Assembly (NCBI GenBank): GCA_040767085.1 | Contig: JAXGPF010000004.1 | Location: 192,001-256,000 of the forward strand | DNA length: 64,000 nt | Source: Kiritimatiellia bacterium | Lineage (GTDB): Bacteria; Verrucomicrobiota; Kiritimatiellia; JAAZAB01 | Reading direction: 5' to 3' | In this document: positions 55,710-64,000 of the stretch, piece after piece | Layout of the letters: each line of letters opens with the position of its first letter | Position numbering within the stretch: the first letter of the stretch is position 1 | Program-made: the position numbers and the translations under genes | The notes under the pieces: generated by a model | Database searches by the model: none | Told to the model about the DNA's origin: nothing | The model's input: only the letters and a program-made list of their open reading frames with translations

Positions 55710-57469
55710 TCCGCATCGCCGCCGGACACCAGCCAGACGCTCTGCAGCGGCTGCAATTCCCACCCGCCGCCGGTTCCCGACGGATGCCGGGAAATCAAGT
55801 CGCGGCAATTGCCGGGCTCCAAGCCGGCTTCGGCCAGCAAAGACGGAGCAAGGCGCACGGGTACGCCGCCGAGATTGCTGGCGGCCAGCAGCGGCGCGCC
55901 GCCGCCAGGCGCTGTGCGCGCCAGGGCGAAGACCTGCGTCCCGGCCGATAATACCCGCTGGAAGCCGGCGGGATGAAAAGCCGCCTGGCGGCTGCGGATA
56001 CGGAGCAGCCGCAATAATGCATTAAAAACGCGGCTGGACGGCGCGCGATGATCGGCCAAGGCCGCATCAACCTCCGGCAGGTTGAACTTGCGGCGGTTGA
56101 TGGCGCGCGCCTGGCCGGTGGCGCGCACGCCTTCCAGATAGTTGCGGTCGGCCAGCAAGCTGTTGAAATAGACCGCCGGCACTCCCTGCAATCCCAGCAT
56201 GATCGTCTGGGAACAGATGAACCGCGCCATCTGCAGTTCGGCCTTCCCCACGGAACCGCCCGGCTCGGACAGCGCGTCAAAGTAAGTGATATTCAATTCG
56301 TAAGGCTCGTCCCGACCGTCCGCCGTCCGGCGGGTGGAAACTCCGCCGCCGCGCCGGCGCACAGCTTCCACCAGTTGGTCAATCTCCGCCGGCGGCAACA
56401 ACCCCTGCAATGGCCGCAGACCGATGCCGTCATGCGAGGCGGTGAAATTCAGGAAGGCGCACCCGGGCGGCGGCGGGGCCAGCGCGGCGGCCCAGGCGGA
56501 TAAATGGCGGGCATCGCCCGCCAGCATGGCATGCAGGAGCAGCGGCGGCAGGGCGAACTGGTAAACCATGTGCGCTTCATCGCCGGCGCCGAAGTAGCTG
56601 ATGTTTTCCGGATGCGGCACGTTGGTTTCGGTGAGCAGGCGCGCGTGGGGCGCGGCCAGCTCCAGCAGATCACGGAATAACTTGACCACCGTGTGGGTTT
56701 CCGGCAGGTGGATGCAGGAAGTGCCGGGCTTTTTCCAAAGGTAGGCTACCGCATCCAGGCGGACAACGGCCGCCCCCATGCTGATATAAAACAAAAGCAA
56801 ATCCAGGAACTCAAACAAGACATCCGGGTTGGCAAAATTCAAGTCAAGCTGGTCGGCGCTGAAAGTCGTCCAGAGATGTTTCTGGCCCTGGCGCGTGGTG
56901 ACAGGCGTCAGCAGGGGCGACGAACGCGGCCGGACCACTTGCGAGCAGTCGGCCGCGGGATCGACTTCGATAAAATACCGGCGGGCCGGCGCCACCCCGG
57001 CGGCATAATCCTGGAACCAGCCGCTCTGGCGCGAGACGTGATTCAACACCAGGTCGAACATCAACTGGAAATGTTCCGACAATCGCCGGATATCGTCCCA
57101 TCCGCCCAGCGCATGGTTGACCAGGCGGTAATGGATCACGGAGAAACCATCGTCCGAAGAATACGGGAAGAACGGCAGGAGATGGATGGTCCGGAAGGCG
57201 CGGGCCAGGCGGCGGTCGGCAAATTTCTTCAAGGTGCGTAAAGGCGGCTCGTCCGGCGCGCGCAATACATCGCCATAGGCGATCAGCACGGAGTCGCCCT
57301 GGTCGGGCGGGATGGCGGGTGGGCGCGCGGCTGCCAATCCGACGCCGTAACGGCCGGGCAGCATGGCAAACCGCTCCAGGCACGCCTCCGCGCGGCTGCC
57401 GTACAGCAGACGCAGACGCGTCAGCGCCGGTTGCAGCGCAGGACGGAAAAATTCAATATTATTCATCAT
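55691..57469 (-). CDS. GH13_18 phosphorylase, probably glucosylglycerate phosphorylase
   Basis: HLLPFFPYSSDDGF, DLVLNH, RLDAV, TETN, ASHDGIG, YELN (TETN/YELN rather than the EIH/YQVN of sucrose phosphorylase). Confidence 0.85.
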   Translation of the reverse strand: MMNNIEFFRPALQPALTRLRLLYGSRAEACLERFAMLPGRYGVGLAAARPPAIPPDQGDSVLIAYGDVLRAPDEPPLRTLKKFADRRLARAFRTIHLLPFFPYSSDDGFSVIHYRLVNHALGGWDDIRRLSEHFQLMFDLVLNHVSRQSGWFQDYAAGVAPARRYFIEVDPAADCSQVVRPRSSPLLTPVTTRQGQKHLWTTFSADQLDLNFANPDVLFEFLDLLLFYISMGAAVVRLDAVAYLWKKPGTSCIHLPETHTVVKLFRDLLELAAPHARLLTETNVPHPENISYFGAGDEAHMVYQFALPPLLLHAMLAGDARHLSAWAAALAPPPPGCAFLNFTASHDGIGLRPLQGLLPPAEIDQLVEAVRRRGGGVSTRRTADGRDEPYELNITYFDALSEPGGSVGKAELQMARFICSQTIMLGLQGVPAVYFNSLLADRNYLEGVRATGQARAINRRKFNLPEVDAALADHRAPSSRVFNALLRLLRIRSRQAAFHPAGFQRVLSAGTQVFALARTAPGGGAPLLAASNLGGVPVRLAPSLLAEAGLEPGNCRDLISRHPSGTGGGWELQPLQSVWLVSGGDADHNAGG

Positions 57470-57491
57470 GGCGGAGCGGCCGCCTTTCGTG

Positions 57492-58751
57492 TTAATCCAG
57501 CCCGCGCACATTAGTGATCAGGGTGCGCAGACAACGGCGCAAAACGTCATAACTGTAATGGCGCGCGGCCACGGCGTAATTATGCTCGGTGATAGCCTGG
57601 CGGTAAGCGGGATTTTCCAGCAGCCGGCGGACTTCCGCCGCCACCTCCTCGGTGAGGAATCCCTCCATGACCGGCAACTTGAAACCGCGCGGCTCGATAT
57701 CGCGGCCGAAGATGGCATAGCGGTTCACCAGCACGGGTTTTTTGTAATATATCGCCTCCAGCAGGGCATTGCCGAAACCTTCATAAATGCTGGGATAGGT
57801 CACCAGGTCAGCCTGGGGATAAATATCCCACAACGTGTACATTTTTTTGCCGACATCGTTCAACTGGCGGATTTCGCTGACGCGCGTGGCGAAAAACCGC
57901 AGGTCCACGCCAGCCTGACGCGCGTTTTCAGCCAGCATGTTGCGGTATTCGTATCCTTCATCGCCGGCTTCATGCGTCACCACCAGCTTGTAGCGCTGGT
58001 TCCCCAGCATTTTCAGCAGGGTGATGGCATGCTCGATCCCTTTGCGCGGCACAACCCGCGTCGGTTGCAGAATCAGCACATCGTCCGCCGCCAGCCCCAT
58101 TTCCGCGCGCAGATCGCAGGTGTAGGCATCCGCCGGCGCCGGGGGATGGGCGAAATCCAGCACATTAGGAATCAGGATGGATGAAACCGCCTTGCGCCGC
58201 GCCAATTCCTCGCGGGCCATCTCGTTGATCACCGCATGCTGCAAATTCGGATCGCGGGGTGGGAAACACATATCGAGATAATCCGGCACGGCATTCACGG
58301 AAAAGCGGCTGCGTTCCCAGTAGAAATCGTGATGATGGGCAATCGCCGGCAGCGTGGTCTCCGCCAGCAACTCCGTCAGGGCCAGCCCGAGCGGCAGGTG
58401 CATGGGAATGCTGACCGCGTTTTCCAGGACCAGCAGGTCAATGCCGAACCGGCGGATGAACTCGTGCAGGGTTTGTTTCAGGTAGGCGGCCAGGACATGA
58501 ATGCGTTCGGTCACCTGCGGCGGCCGGCTTTTGCGGCCCCAGATCTGGCCGTCGATCCAGGCGTTTTCCGGGTGCGAAAACAGCGCCTCCGAAACACACA
58601 GGCTGACTTCCGGCGGATGATCCAGCCGGCCGGCGTACCAGTAACAGCGATGGCCCGACTCCGCCAGGGTTTTCGCCCACTTCAGGGATTCCAGCGAAAC
58701 GCCGTCGGTGCCGGCAAACCGCGTTGAAATGAATCCGATGTTTTCAGCCAT
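57492..58751 (-). CDS. GT4 glycosyltransferase, MggS-like
   Basis: TDGVSLE..KW, HHHDFYWER, QPTRVVPRKGIE, YPSIYEGFGNALLEA; neighbours the GG genes. Confidence 0.75.
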   Translation of the reverse strand: MAENIGFISTRFAGTDGVSLESLKWAKTLAESGHRCYWYAGRLDHPPEVSLCVSEALFSHPENAWIDGQIWGRKSRPPQVTERIHVLAAYLKQTLHEFIRRFGIDLLVLENAVSIPMHLPLGLALTELLAETTLPAIAHHHDFYWERSRFSVNAVPDYLDMCFPPRDPNLQHAVINEMAREELARRKAVSSILIPNVLDFAHPPAPADAYTCDLRAEMGLAADDVLILQPTRVVPRKGIEHAITLLKMLGNQRYKLVVTHEAGDEGYEYRNMLAENARQAGVDLRFFATRVSEIRQLNDVGKKMYTLWDIYPQADLVTYPSIYEGFGNALLEAIYYKKPVLVNRYAIFGRDIEPRGFKLPVMEGFLTEEVAAEVRRLLENPAYRQAITEHNYAVAARHYSYDVLRRCLRTLITNVRGLD

Positions 58752-58915
58752 GATGCGTCCATCCTGCCTGATCCCGCTACCCGGCGGGGGCGCCTTCTGC
58801 CGCCGCCTGGCCGGCGCCGGCCAGGGCAGGCTGTGATAGAATATTCATAAAATCACTGGACATAACCATAAGTTTTTTTATCATAACGCAAAACAAGCCA
58901 ATCCGCAAGGCCCTT

Positions 58916-58931
58916 TGGCAAATTTATTGCA
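58916..58931 (+). promoter_or_regulatory. sigma-54 (-24/-12) promoter candidate
   Basis: TGGCAAATTTATTGCA: GG(58917-18)-N10-GC(58929-30), AT-rich upstream. Confidence 0.65.
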
Positions 58932-59057
58932 TTATTCAGACGGGACGGCGCCGCGAAGCGGCACAATCAACGCTGTCAATCAACCGCCGGGCAATGCCCT
59001 CACGCCCGCACTGGCGTCTGATAACGCGCCATCGCGCGCCAACCGCAGGATGCCTGC

Positions 59058-60251
59058 ATGTCAACCAAACCCAAACCCGCTAATCTTGAAGGCATCCTGG
59101 CGCAAATGCCGCGGCTGCGCAAGGCGGCGTCGGACATGCAGGATATCCTGCTTGCCAACCTGGTCATGCTGAGTGAAATCAATGCGCCATCGGGCGCAGA
59201 GCAAGCCCGCCTGCAACTATGGCTGCAACGCCTGGGTGAAAGCGGAGTACAGAACTGCTCACTGGATGAATTGGGCAACGGGTGCGGCGTGCTGCCGGGG
59301 CGCTCCGGCAAGCGCACCATTCTGCTGGCCACCAATGCCGACACGCTGCCGGCCGATGCCGACGAACGCAGCATCGCGCTGAAATCAGACTGCGTCAGCG
59401 GCCCGTTTGTCGGCGATAATGGCCCGGCGCTGGCGGCGCTGCTTTCCCTGCCGGTTTACCTGGAACGGCTGGGATGGCAACTGCAATCCGACCTGGTTTT
59501 CCTGGGCGCAGCCCGTTCCCTGGGCCGGCATAACCTGGAAGGAGTGCGCTTCTTCCTCGACAACACCCGGCTCTCGGTGCACACCGGCATTTGGCTGGAG
59601 GGCGTGCAGCTTGGGCGGTTGAATTACATATGCCTGGGATTATTCCGGGGCGAGATCGTCTGCCGGGTGCCGGATGATTACAACTGGGTGCAGTTTGGCG
59701 CCACCGGTTCAATTCTGCCGATGAATGACATCATCACCCGTATCAGCCAGATTCCCCTCCCCCGCCGGCCGGCGGCCAGCATTGTGCTGGGATCAATCAA
59801 CGGCGGGGTGGATTACCAGAACATCGCCAAGCAAACCAGGCTGCGGTTCGAAGTCCGCAGCGAGTCGGGCGAATTGGCCGAAACCCTGCGGCGCCAGGTG
59901 CAGGATATCGTGGACGAAGCCGCGGCCCGGACGGGCATGTCCATCGTCCTGCGCGAAGTGGCTTTCCGCCGGCCGGGCGGGCTGGAAATTTCCCACCCGC
60001 TGGTCCGCAGTTCCCGGGCCATCATCGCGGCCTCGGGCATCCAGCCCATGATCTATCCCACCACCACCGCCCTGTCCGCTTTTGTGGATGCCCGGATTCC
60101 AGCCGTCACCCTGGGCTTGACTTCCGGCCAGCGTCAGAACGAACTTGGGGAAATGAGCGAATGGATCAGCATTCCCGACATGTTTGCCGGCATGGCGCAA
60201 CTGGCCGCAATGCTGGCGGCGATCGATGGAGATTTCAACCATGCCGGCTAA
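59058..60251 (+). CDS. M20-peptidase-fold protein lacking metal ligands
   Basis: IxAPSGAE, DELGN, TNADT, GDNGPA, LGSINGG...NI...FEVRS dimerisation domain, IPAVTLG. Confidence 0.75.
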   Translation: MSTKPKPANLEGILAQMPRLRKAASDMQDILLANLVMLSEINAPSGAEQARLQLWLQRLGESGVQNCSLDELGNGCGVLPGRSGKRTILLATNADTLPADADERSIALKSDCVSGPFVGDNGPALAALLSLPVYLERLGWQLQSDLVFLGAARSLGRHNLEGVRFFLDNTRLSVHTGIWLEGVQLGRLNYICLGLFRGEIVCRVPDDYNWVQFGATGSILPMNDIITRISQIPLPRRPAASIVLGSINGGVDYQNIAKQTRLRFEVRSESGELAETLRRQVQDIVDEAAARTGMSIVLREVAFRRPGGLEISHPLVRSSRAIIAASGIQPMIYPTTTALSAFVDARIPAVTLGLTSGQRQNELGEMSEWISIPDMFAGMAQLAAMLAAIDGDFNHAG

Positions 60252-61290
60252 AACCACTCCCCGCAAGGCAGTCTCCATCAAGAAGGCGGATGCCGCCGCC
60301 TTGGATGCCTGGGTCAAAACCCACACCTTCCATCACTCCCAATTCGCCGACCTCCGCCGGCTGGTGGAGCAGAAGCAACGTCAGGACCTGCGCATTTCAC
60401 TGTGCATCCCCACGCTCAACGAGGAAAAAACCATCGGCAAGGAAGTGGTGATTTTCAAATCCGAACTCATGAGCCGGTTCCCCCTGGTGGATGAAATCGC
60501 CGTCATCGATTCCGGTTCGTCCGATCGCACCTGCGAGGTGGCCGCGGCCTTCGGCGCCGACGTTTACAATGCCGCGGAAATTCTGCCGGAAACCGGCACA
60601 CGCCGGGGCAAGGGCGAAAACCTGTGGAAGGCCATTTACCAGTTGCGGGGCGATGTAATCGTATACGTGGATGCCGACATCAAAAACATTCACGCCCGCT
60701 TTGTTTACGGTTTGCTCGGGCCGCTGCTGGCCGATCCCGCCATCAAGTACGTCAAGGCCTTTTACGACCGACCCCTGGCCTTTTCCAAGGGCGTCCGGAT
60801 TTCCGGCGGCGGGCGGGTGACGGAAATCCTGATCCGGCCGCTTTTTTCCCTGTTTTTCCCGGAATTAACCGCCATCATCCAGCCGCTTTCCGGCGAATAC
60901 GCCGTGCGGCGCGAGGTCTTGGAAACCATACCGTTTCCCATCGGCTACGGGGTGGAAACTTCGCACCTCATGGATGTTTATGCCCGCTGGGGCCTGGCTG
61001 CCTTCGCCCAAACCGATCTTGATCAGCGGATTCACCGCAACCAGAGCACGCGGGATTTAGGTAAGATGGCGTTTGGCATTCTCCAGACTTTCTTGAAACG
61101 GGCGGCATCCATGGGCATCCTGTCTGAAATACCGGTCATGCACCGGCATTTGCGGCAATTCATGGCCCAGGACGATACCTTTGCCCAGGTCGAACAGCAG
61201 ATCGTCGAGGAGGAACGCCCGCCCATGCTGGAAATCCCGGCCTATCGCCGGAAATTCGAGAAGCAGCCGGACCCCGCCGCCAAGCTGTAA
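60241..61290 (+). CDS. gpgS: glucosyl-3-phosphoglycerate synthase (GT81)
   Basis: IPTLNEEKTIG, GKGENLW, DADI, GGGRVTE, QPLSGEYA, GYGVE, RIHRNQ. Confidence 0.9.
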   Translation: MPAKTTPRKAVSIKKADAAALDAWVKTHTFHHSQFADLRRLVEQKQRQDLRISLCIPTLNEEKTIGKEVVIFKSELMSRFPLVDEIAVIDSGSSDRTCEVAAAFGADVYNAAEILPETGTRRGKGENLWKAIYQLRGDVIVYVDADIKNIHARFVYGLLGPLLADPAIKYVKAFYDRPLAFSKGVRISGGGRVTEILIRPLFSLFFPELTAIIQPLSGEYAVRREVLETIPFPIGYGVETSHLMDVYARWGLAAFAQTDLDQRIHRNQSTRDLGKMAFGILQTFLKRAASMGILSEIPVMHRHLRQFMAQDDTFAQVEQQIVEEERPPMLEIPAYRRKFEKQPDPAAKL

Positions 61291-61292
61291 CT

Positions 61293-61396
61293 TTGGAAGC
61301 CGTGTTCAGCGACTAGTTTAGTGTTCGGCGTAATTTGTCCGGCGTAAAACCTTAAAACGGTAAACCTTAAAATTTCAAAACGTTTGTTTTGAAATT
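61293..61396 (+). repeat. non-coding element, copy B
   Basis: Similar to 52716-52794; ends in perfect hairpin AATTTCAAAAC-gttt-GTTTTGAAATT, 5 nt before the ATG. Confidence 0.55.
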
Positions 61397-61401
61397 GGCT
61401 C

Positions 61402-62874
61402 ATGCGCATTGCCATTGTCCACTACCACCTTCAGCCCGGCGGCGTCACGCGGGTGATCGAACTTGCCGCCCGCGCACTCGCCAGCCGGGGCGCTCGCATC
61501 GCCCTTCTCTATGGCGGCGGCACATGCGCGCCGGGAGCGGCGGAATTTCCGGGCGCGGCCCTGCCCGGGATGGCTTATTCCGCCAGCCCCGGGCAGCCGG
61601 CGGCGCTGGCGCGCCGGATGCGCCTGGCGGCGCGGCGCCTGCTGGGCGGCCCGCCTGACGTCTGGCACATTCACAACCATGCGCTCGGGAAAAACCCCGC
61701 CCTGACCGCCGCAACAGCCTGGCTGGCGGACCGCGGCGAACGACTCCTGCTGCAAATCCACGATTTCGCCGAAGATGGCCGCCCGGCGGATTTTCAACGC
61801 CTGGCGCGCCACCTGGGCCGGCGCGATTTCCGCCGGCTGGCGCGGGTGATGTATCCGCAAAACCCGCGCGTGCACTACGCGGTGCTGAATACCCGGGATG
61901 CCGGTTTCCTGCAACATGCTGGCGTTCCGGAAGAGCGCCTGTACCTGCTGCCCAATCCCGTGGACATGCCATCCGCCATCACGCCCGCAGGCAGCCGGCT
62001 CCCTGGCGCCGCGGCAGGGCCAGGCTGGCTCTATCCCACCCGAGCCATCCGCCGCAAAAATCTCGGCGAGTTCCTGTTGCTGGCGGCGCTGGCGCCGGCG
62101 GGCTGCCAGTTCGCGGTCACCCTGGCCCCTGATAATCCTGACGCCCGCCCGATCTACGCCGCATGGGTGCAGCTAGCGCAAAAATTGAACCTGCCCATGG
62201 CATTCGAAGTCGGACGGCGCCCCGGGGCGGACCTGCGGACATTGCTTTCCGCCGCCGATGCCGCGGTCACCACCAGCGTGGGCGAGGGCTTCGGCATGGC
62301 TTTCCTGGAACCATGGCTGGCGGGTTGCCCGGTTGCAGGGCGCGATTTGCCGGAAATCACAGCGATGTTCAAACAAGACGGACTCGACCTCTCCGGGCTT
62401 TACCAGCGCCTGGAGATTCCGGCGGAATGGATCAGCCTGCCGGCGCTGCGCCGGCGCATTCACATCGGATTGCGCGCGCTGGACGCCGCTTACGGCCGCG
62501 CTACCCGCCGCGGAGCCCTGGAATCGGCCCTGGCTGCCGCCACCCGCGGCAACCTGGTTGATTTCGCGCGGCTGGACGAACCGATGCAGACGGGGGTGAT
62601 CCGCCGGCTGGCGGCAGGACGCTGCCGCACGCATGACATCGCGCCGCCAAGTTTCCTCCGGCATGATCCCCGGCGGAACCCGGAACAAATTAAACGCAAC
62701 CGCCGGATCATCCGGCACAAGTACAATCCTGCCGCCTACGCGCGACGGTTGGAAAACATTTACAACGCCCTGGCATCGGCGCCGGCCGGCGGGCCGGCCG
62801 ATGCTGAAATTGCACTGGAGCGGCTGCTGGACGATTTTCTCGCTCCGGAGCGGTTTTGCCTCCTGCGCACATGA
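61402..62874 (+). CDS. GT4 glycosyltransferase, MggA-like
   Basis: HYHLQPGGVTRVI, HNHALGKN, QIHDFAEDGR, RAIRRKN, EGFGMAFLEPW; directly after gpgS. Confidence 0.75.
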   Translation: MRIAIVHYHLQPGGVTRVIELAARALASRGARIALLYGGGTCAPGAAEFPGAALPGMAYSASPGQPAALARRMRLAARRLLGGPPDVWHIHNHALGKNPALTAATAWLADRGERLLLQIHDFAEDGRPADFQRLARHLGRRDFRRLARVMYPQNPRVHYAVLNTRDAGFLQHAGVPEERLYLLPNPVDMPSAITPAGSRLPGAAAGPGWLYPTRAIRRKNLGEFLLLAALAPAGCQFAVTLAPDNPDARPIYAAWVQLAQKLNLPMAFEVGRRPGADLRTLLSAADAAVTTSVGEGFGMAFLEPWLAGCPVAGRDLPEITAMFKQDGLDLSGLYQRLEIPAEWISLPALRRRIHIGLRALDAAYGRATRRGALESALAAATRGNLVDFARLDEPMQTGVIRRLAAGRCRTHDIAPPSFLRHDPRRNPEQIKRNRRIIRHKYNPAAYARRLENIYNALASAPAGGPADAEIALERLLDDFLAPERFCLLRT

Positions 62875-63827
62875 TGGAACAGCAAACTTTAATCGCCGCC
62901 ATAAAACTTCTGGCCCGGCCCATGCGGCCTGTCCCGCCGGCGCCGGCCCCCGCGTTGCGCTGCCCCGACCTGTCCGGCATCCGCGCTGTGCTGTTTGATG
63001 TTTATGGCACCCTGATGCAATCCGGCAGCGGCGAAATCGGCCTGGCCGACGCGGGCGCGGCGGACCGCGCGGAATATTTCCGCGCCGCGCTGGATGCCGC
63101 CGGAATTCGCCCTGCCGGCGCCGGCGCCGGCGCACGCGGCGCGGCCGCCATGTCCGCCGCCATCCGCCGGCGGCACGACGCCGCGCGCGCCGCCGGATCA
63201 GCATGTCCCGAGGTGGATATCGAAGACATCTGGCAAACCGTCCTGGCGGAATTGCATCAGGCCGGCTTGGCGCCGGCGGATGTTGACAGCCAACAAATCC
63301 GCCGCGCGGCGGTGGAATACGAATGCCGCGTTAATCCCGTCTGGCCCATGCCGGGATTGCCGGCATGCCTGGCGCCGTTGCGGCAAAACGGCATCCAACT
63401 GGGCATTGTATCCAACGCCCAGTTTTTCACCCCGCTCCTTTTCCCGGCGCTCACCGGCCGGGAATTGACGGAACTGGGATTCGACCTGAAGCTTTGCGCA
63501 TGGTCATATCGGACCGGTCTCGCCAAACCGGCCCCGGAGATATTCCAGGCGGCGCTGCAAGCCCTGCAGGCCAAGTACGGCATTCCGCCCCAGGCCGTGC
63601 TGGCGGTGGGCAATGACCTGCTGAACGACATCGCGGGCGCGGCAGCCTGCGGCTGCCGGACGGCGCTCTTCGCCGGCGACGCGCGATCGCTCCGGCGGCG
63701 TACCGGCGATCCGCGTTGCGCCGGCATCCGGCCCGACTGGGTAATTGCCGACCTGCATCAATTGTCAGCGCCGTTGCTCAAGCTTAAGGCGCCGGCGGCA
63801 GAACGGACAATTGACGCAGACCGTTGA
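62871..63827 (+). CDS. HAD-family phosphatase (candidate GPG/MGPG phosphatase)
   Basis: FDVYGTL, IVSNAQ, AKP, VGNDLLNDI; ATGA overlap. Confidence 0.85.
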   Translation: MMEQQTLIAAIKLLARPMRPVPPAPAPALRCPDLSGIRAVLFDVYGTLMQSGSGEIGLADAGAADRAEYFRAALDAAGIRPAGAGAGARGAAAMSAAIRRRHDAARAAGSACPEVDIEDIWQTVLAELHQAGLAPADVDSQQIRRAAVEYECRVNPVWPMPGLPACLAPLRQNGIQLGIVSNAQFFTPLLFPALTGRELTELGFDLKLCAWSYRTGLAKPAPEIFQAALQALQAKYGIPPQAVLAVGNDLLNDIAGAAACGCRTALFAGDARSLRRRTGDPRCAGIRPDWVIADLHQLSAPLLKLKAPAAERTIDADR

Positions 63828-64000
63828 CCACCATTTCCACGGAAATCACCGCCAGCATCAGTCCCATCAGACGTTCAAACGCCATCAGCACCCGCGCGCC
63901 CAGCACCCGGTAAATCATCCCGGAAGCCACCAGCACCACGGTCCCCAGCAGCCAGGCCGCCAGCAGCGCAGCGATTACCCCGCCAAACTCGATTCCAGTG
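63784..64000 (-). CDS. MarC-family membrane protein, C-terminal part (truncated by the window edge)
   Basis: Manual translation ...YRVLGARVLMAFERLMGLMLAVISVEMVVNGL... Confidence 0.75.
   Translation of the reverse strand, partial: TGIEFGGVIAALLAAWLLGTVVLVASGMIYRVLGARVLMAFERLMGLMLAVISVEMVVNGLRQLSVLPPAP

Noticed and set aside
55691-57469. Sucrose phosphorylase call
   Set aside because: Specificity motifs TETN/YELN and the gpgS context fit glucosylglycerate phosphorylase better
1-64000. CRISPR arrays, tRNA and rRNA genes
   Set aside because: No regularly spaced repeat-spacer array or recognisable structural RNA gene was seen; nearly all the sequence is explained by CDSs

Overview
GC-rich bacterial chromosomal window, probably PVC superphylum (Kiritimatiellia/Lentisphaeria-like; inferred from gene content). 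Left (0.1-17.7 kb): DUF853/HerA-like ATPase, two stand-alone desulforedoxin-like genes, a hybrid histidine kinase, and a truncated dcw cluster (mraZ-[two small inserted ORFs]-rsmH-ftsL-ftsI-murE-murF-mraY-murD) with MraZ repeats over its promoter. Middle (17.7-47.4 kb): an almost entirely minus-strand ~30 kb putative glycan-catabolic island (GH2/GH42-like enzymes, two paralogous secreted beta-helix proteins with a shared C-terminal tail, oxidoreductases, GntR and IclR regulators), interrupted by an intact IS1202-family-like element with a 16-bp target duplication. Three island promoters share a 16-bp box (AATACACTARAATACT) just downstream of their -10 element, pointing to a GntR regulon. Right (47.5-64 kb): PTS enzyme I, a His-less PAS/receiver protein, an NfeD pair, a HEAT plus bactofilin-like pair, and a divergent glucosylglycerate/mannosylglucosylglycerate (GG/MGG) locus with a sigma-54-type promoter and a metal-less M20 pseudo-peptidase overlapping gpgS. 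A ~75-100 nt non-coding element occurs twice in unrelated leaders. No rRNA, tRNA or CRISPR array was seen. All assignments come from reading motifs by eye; no database searches were run.
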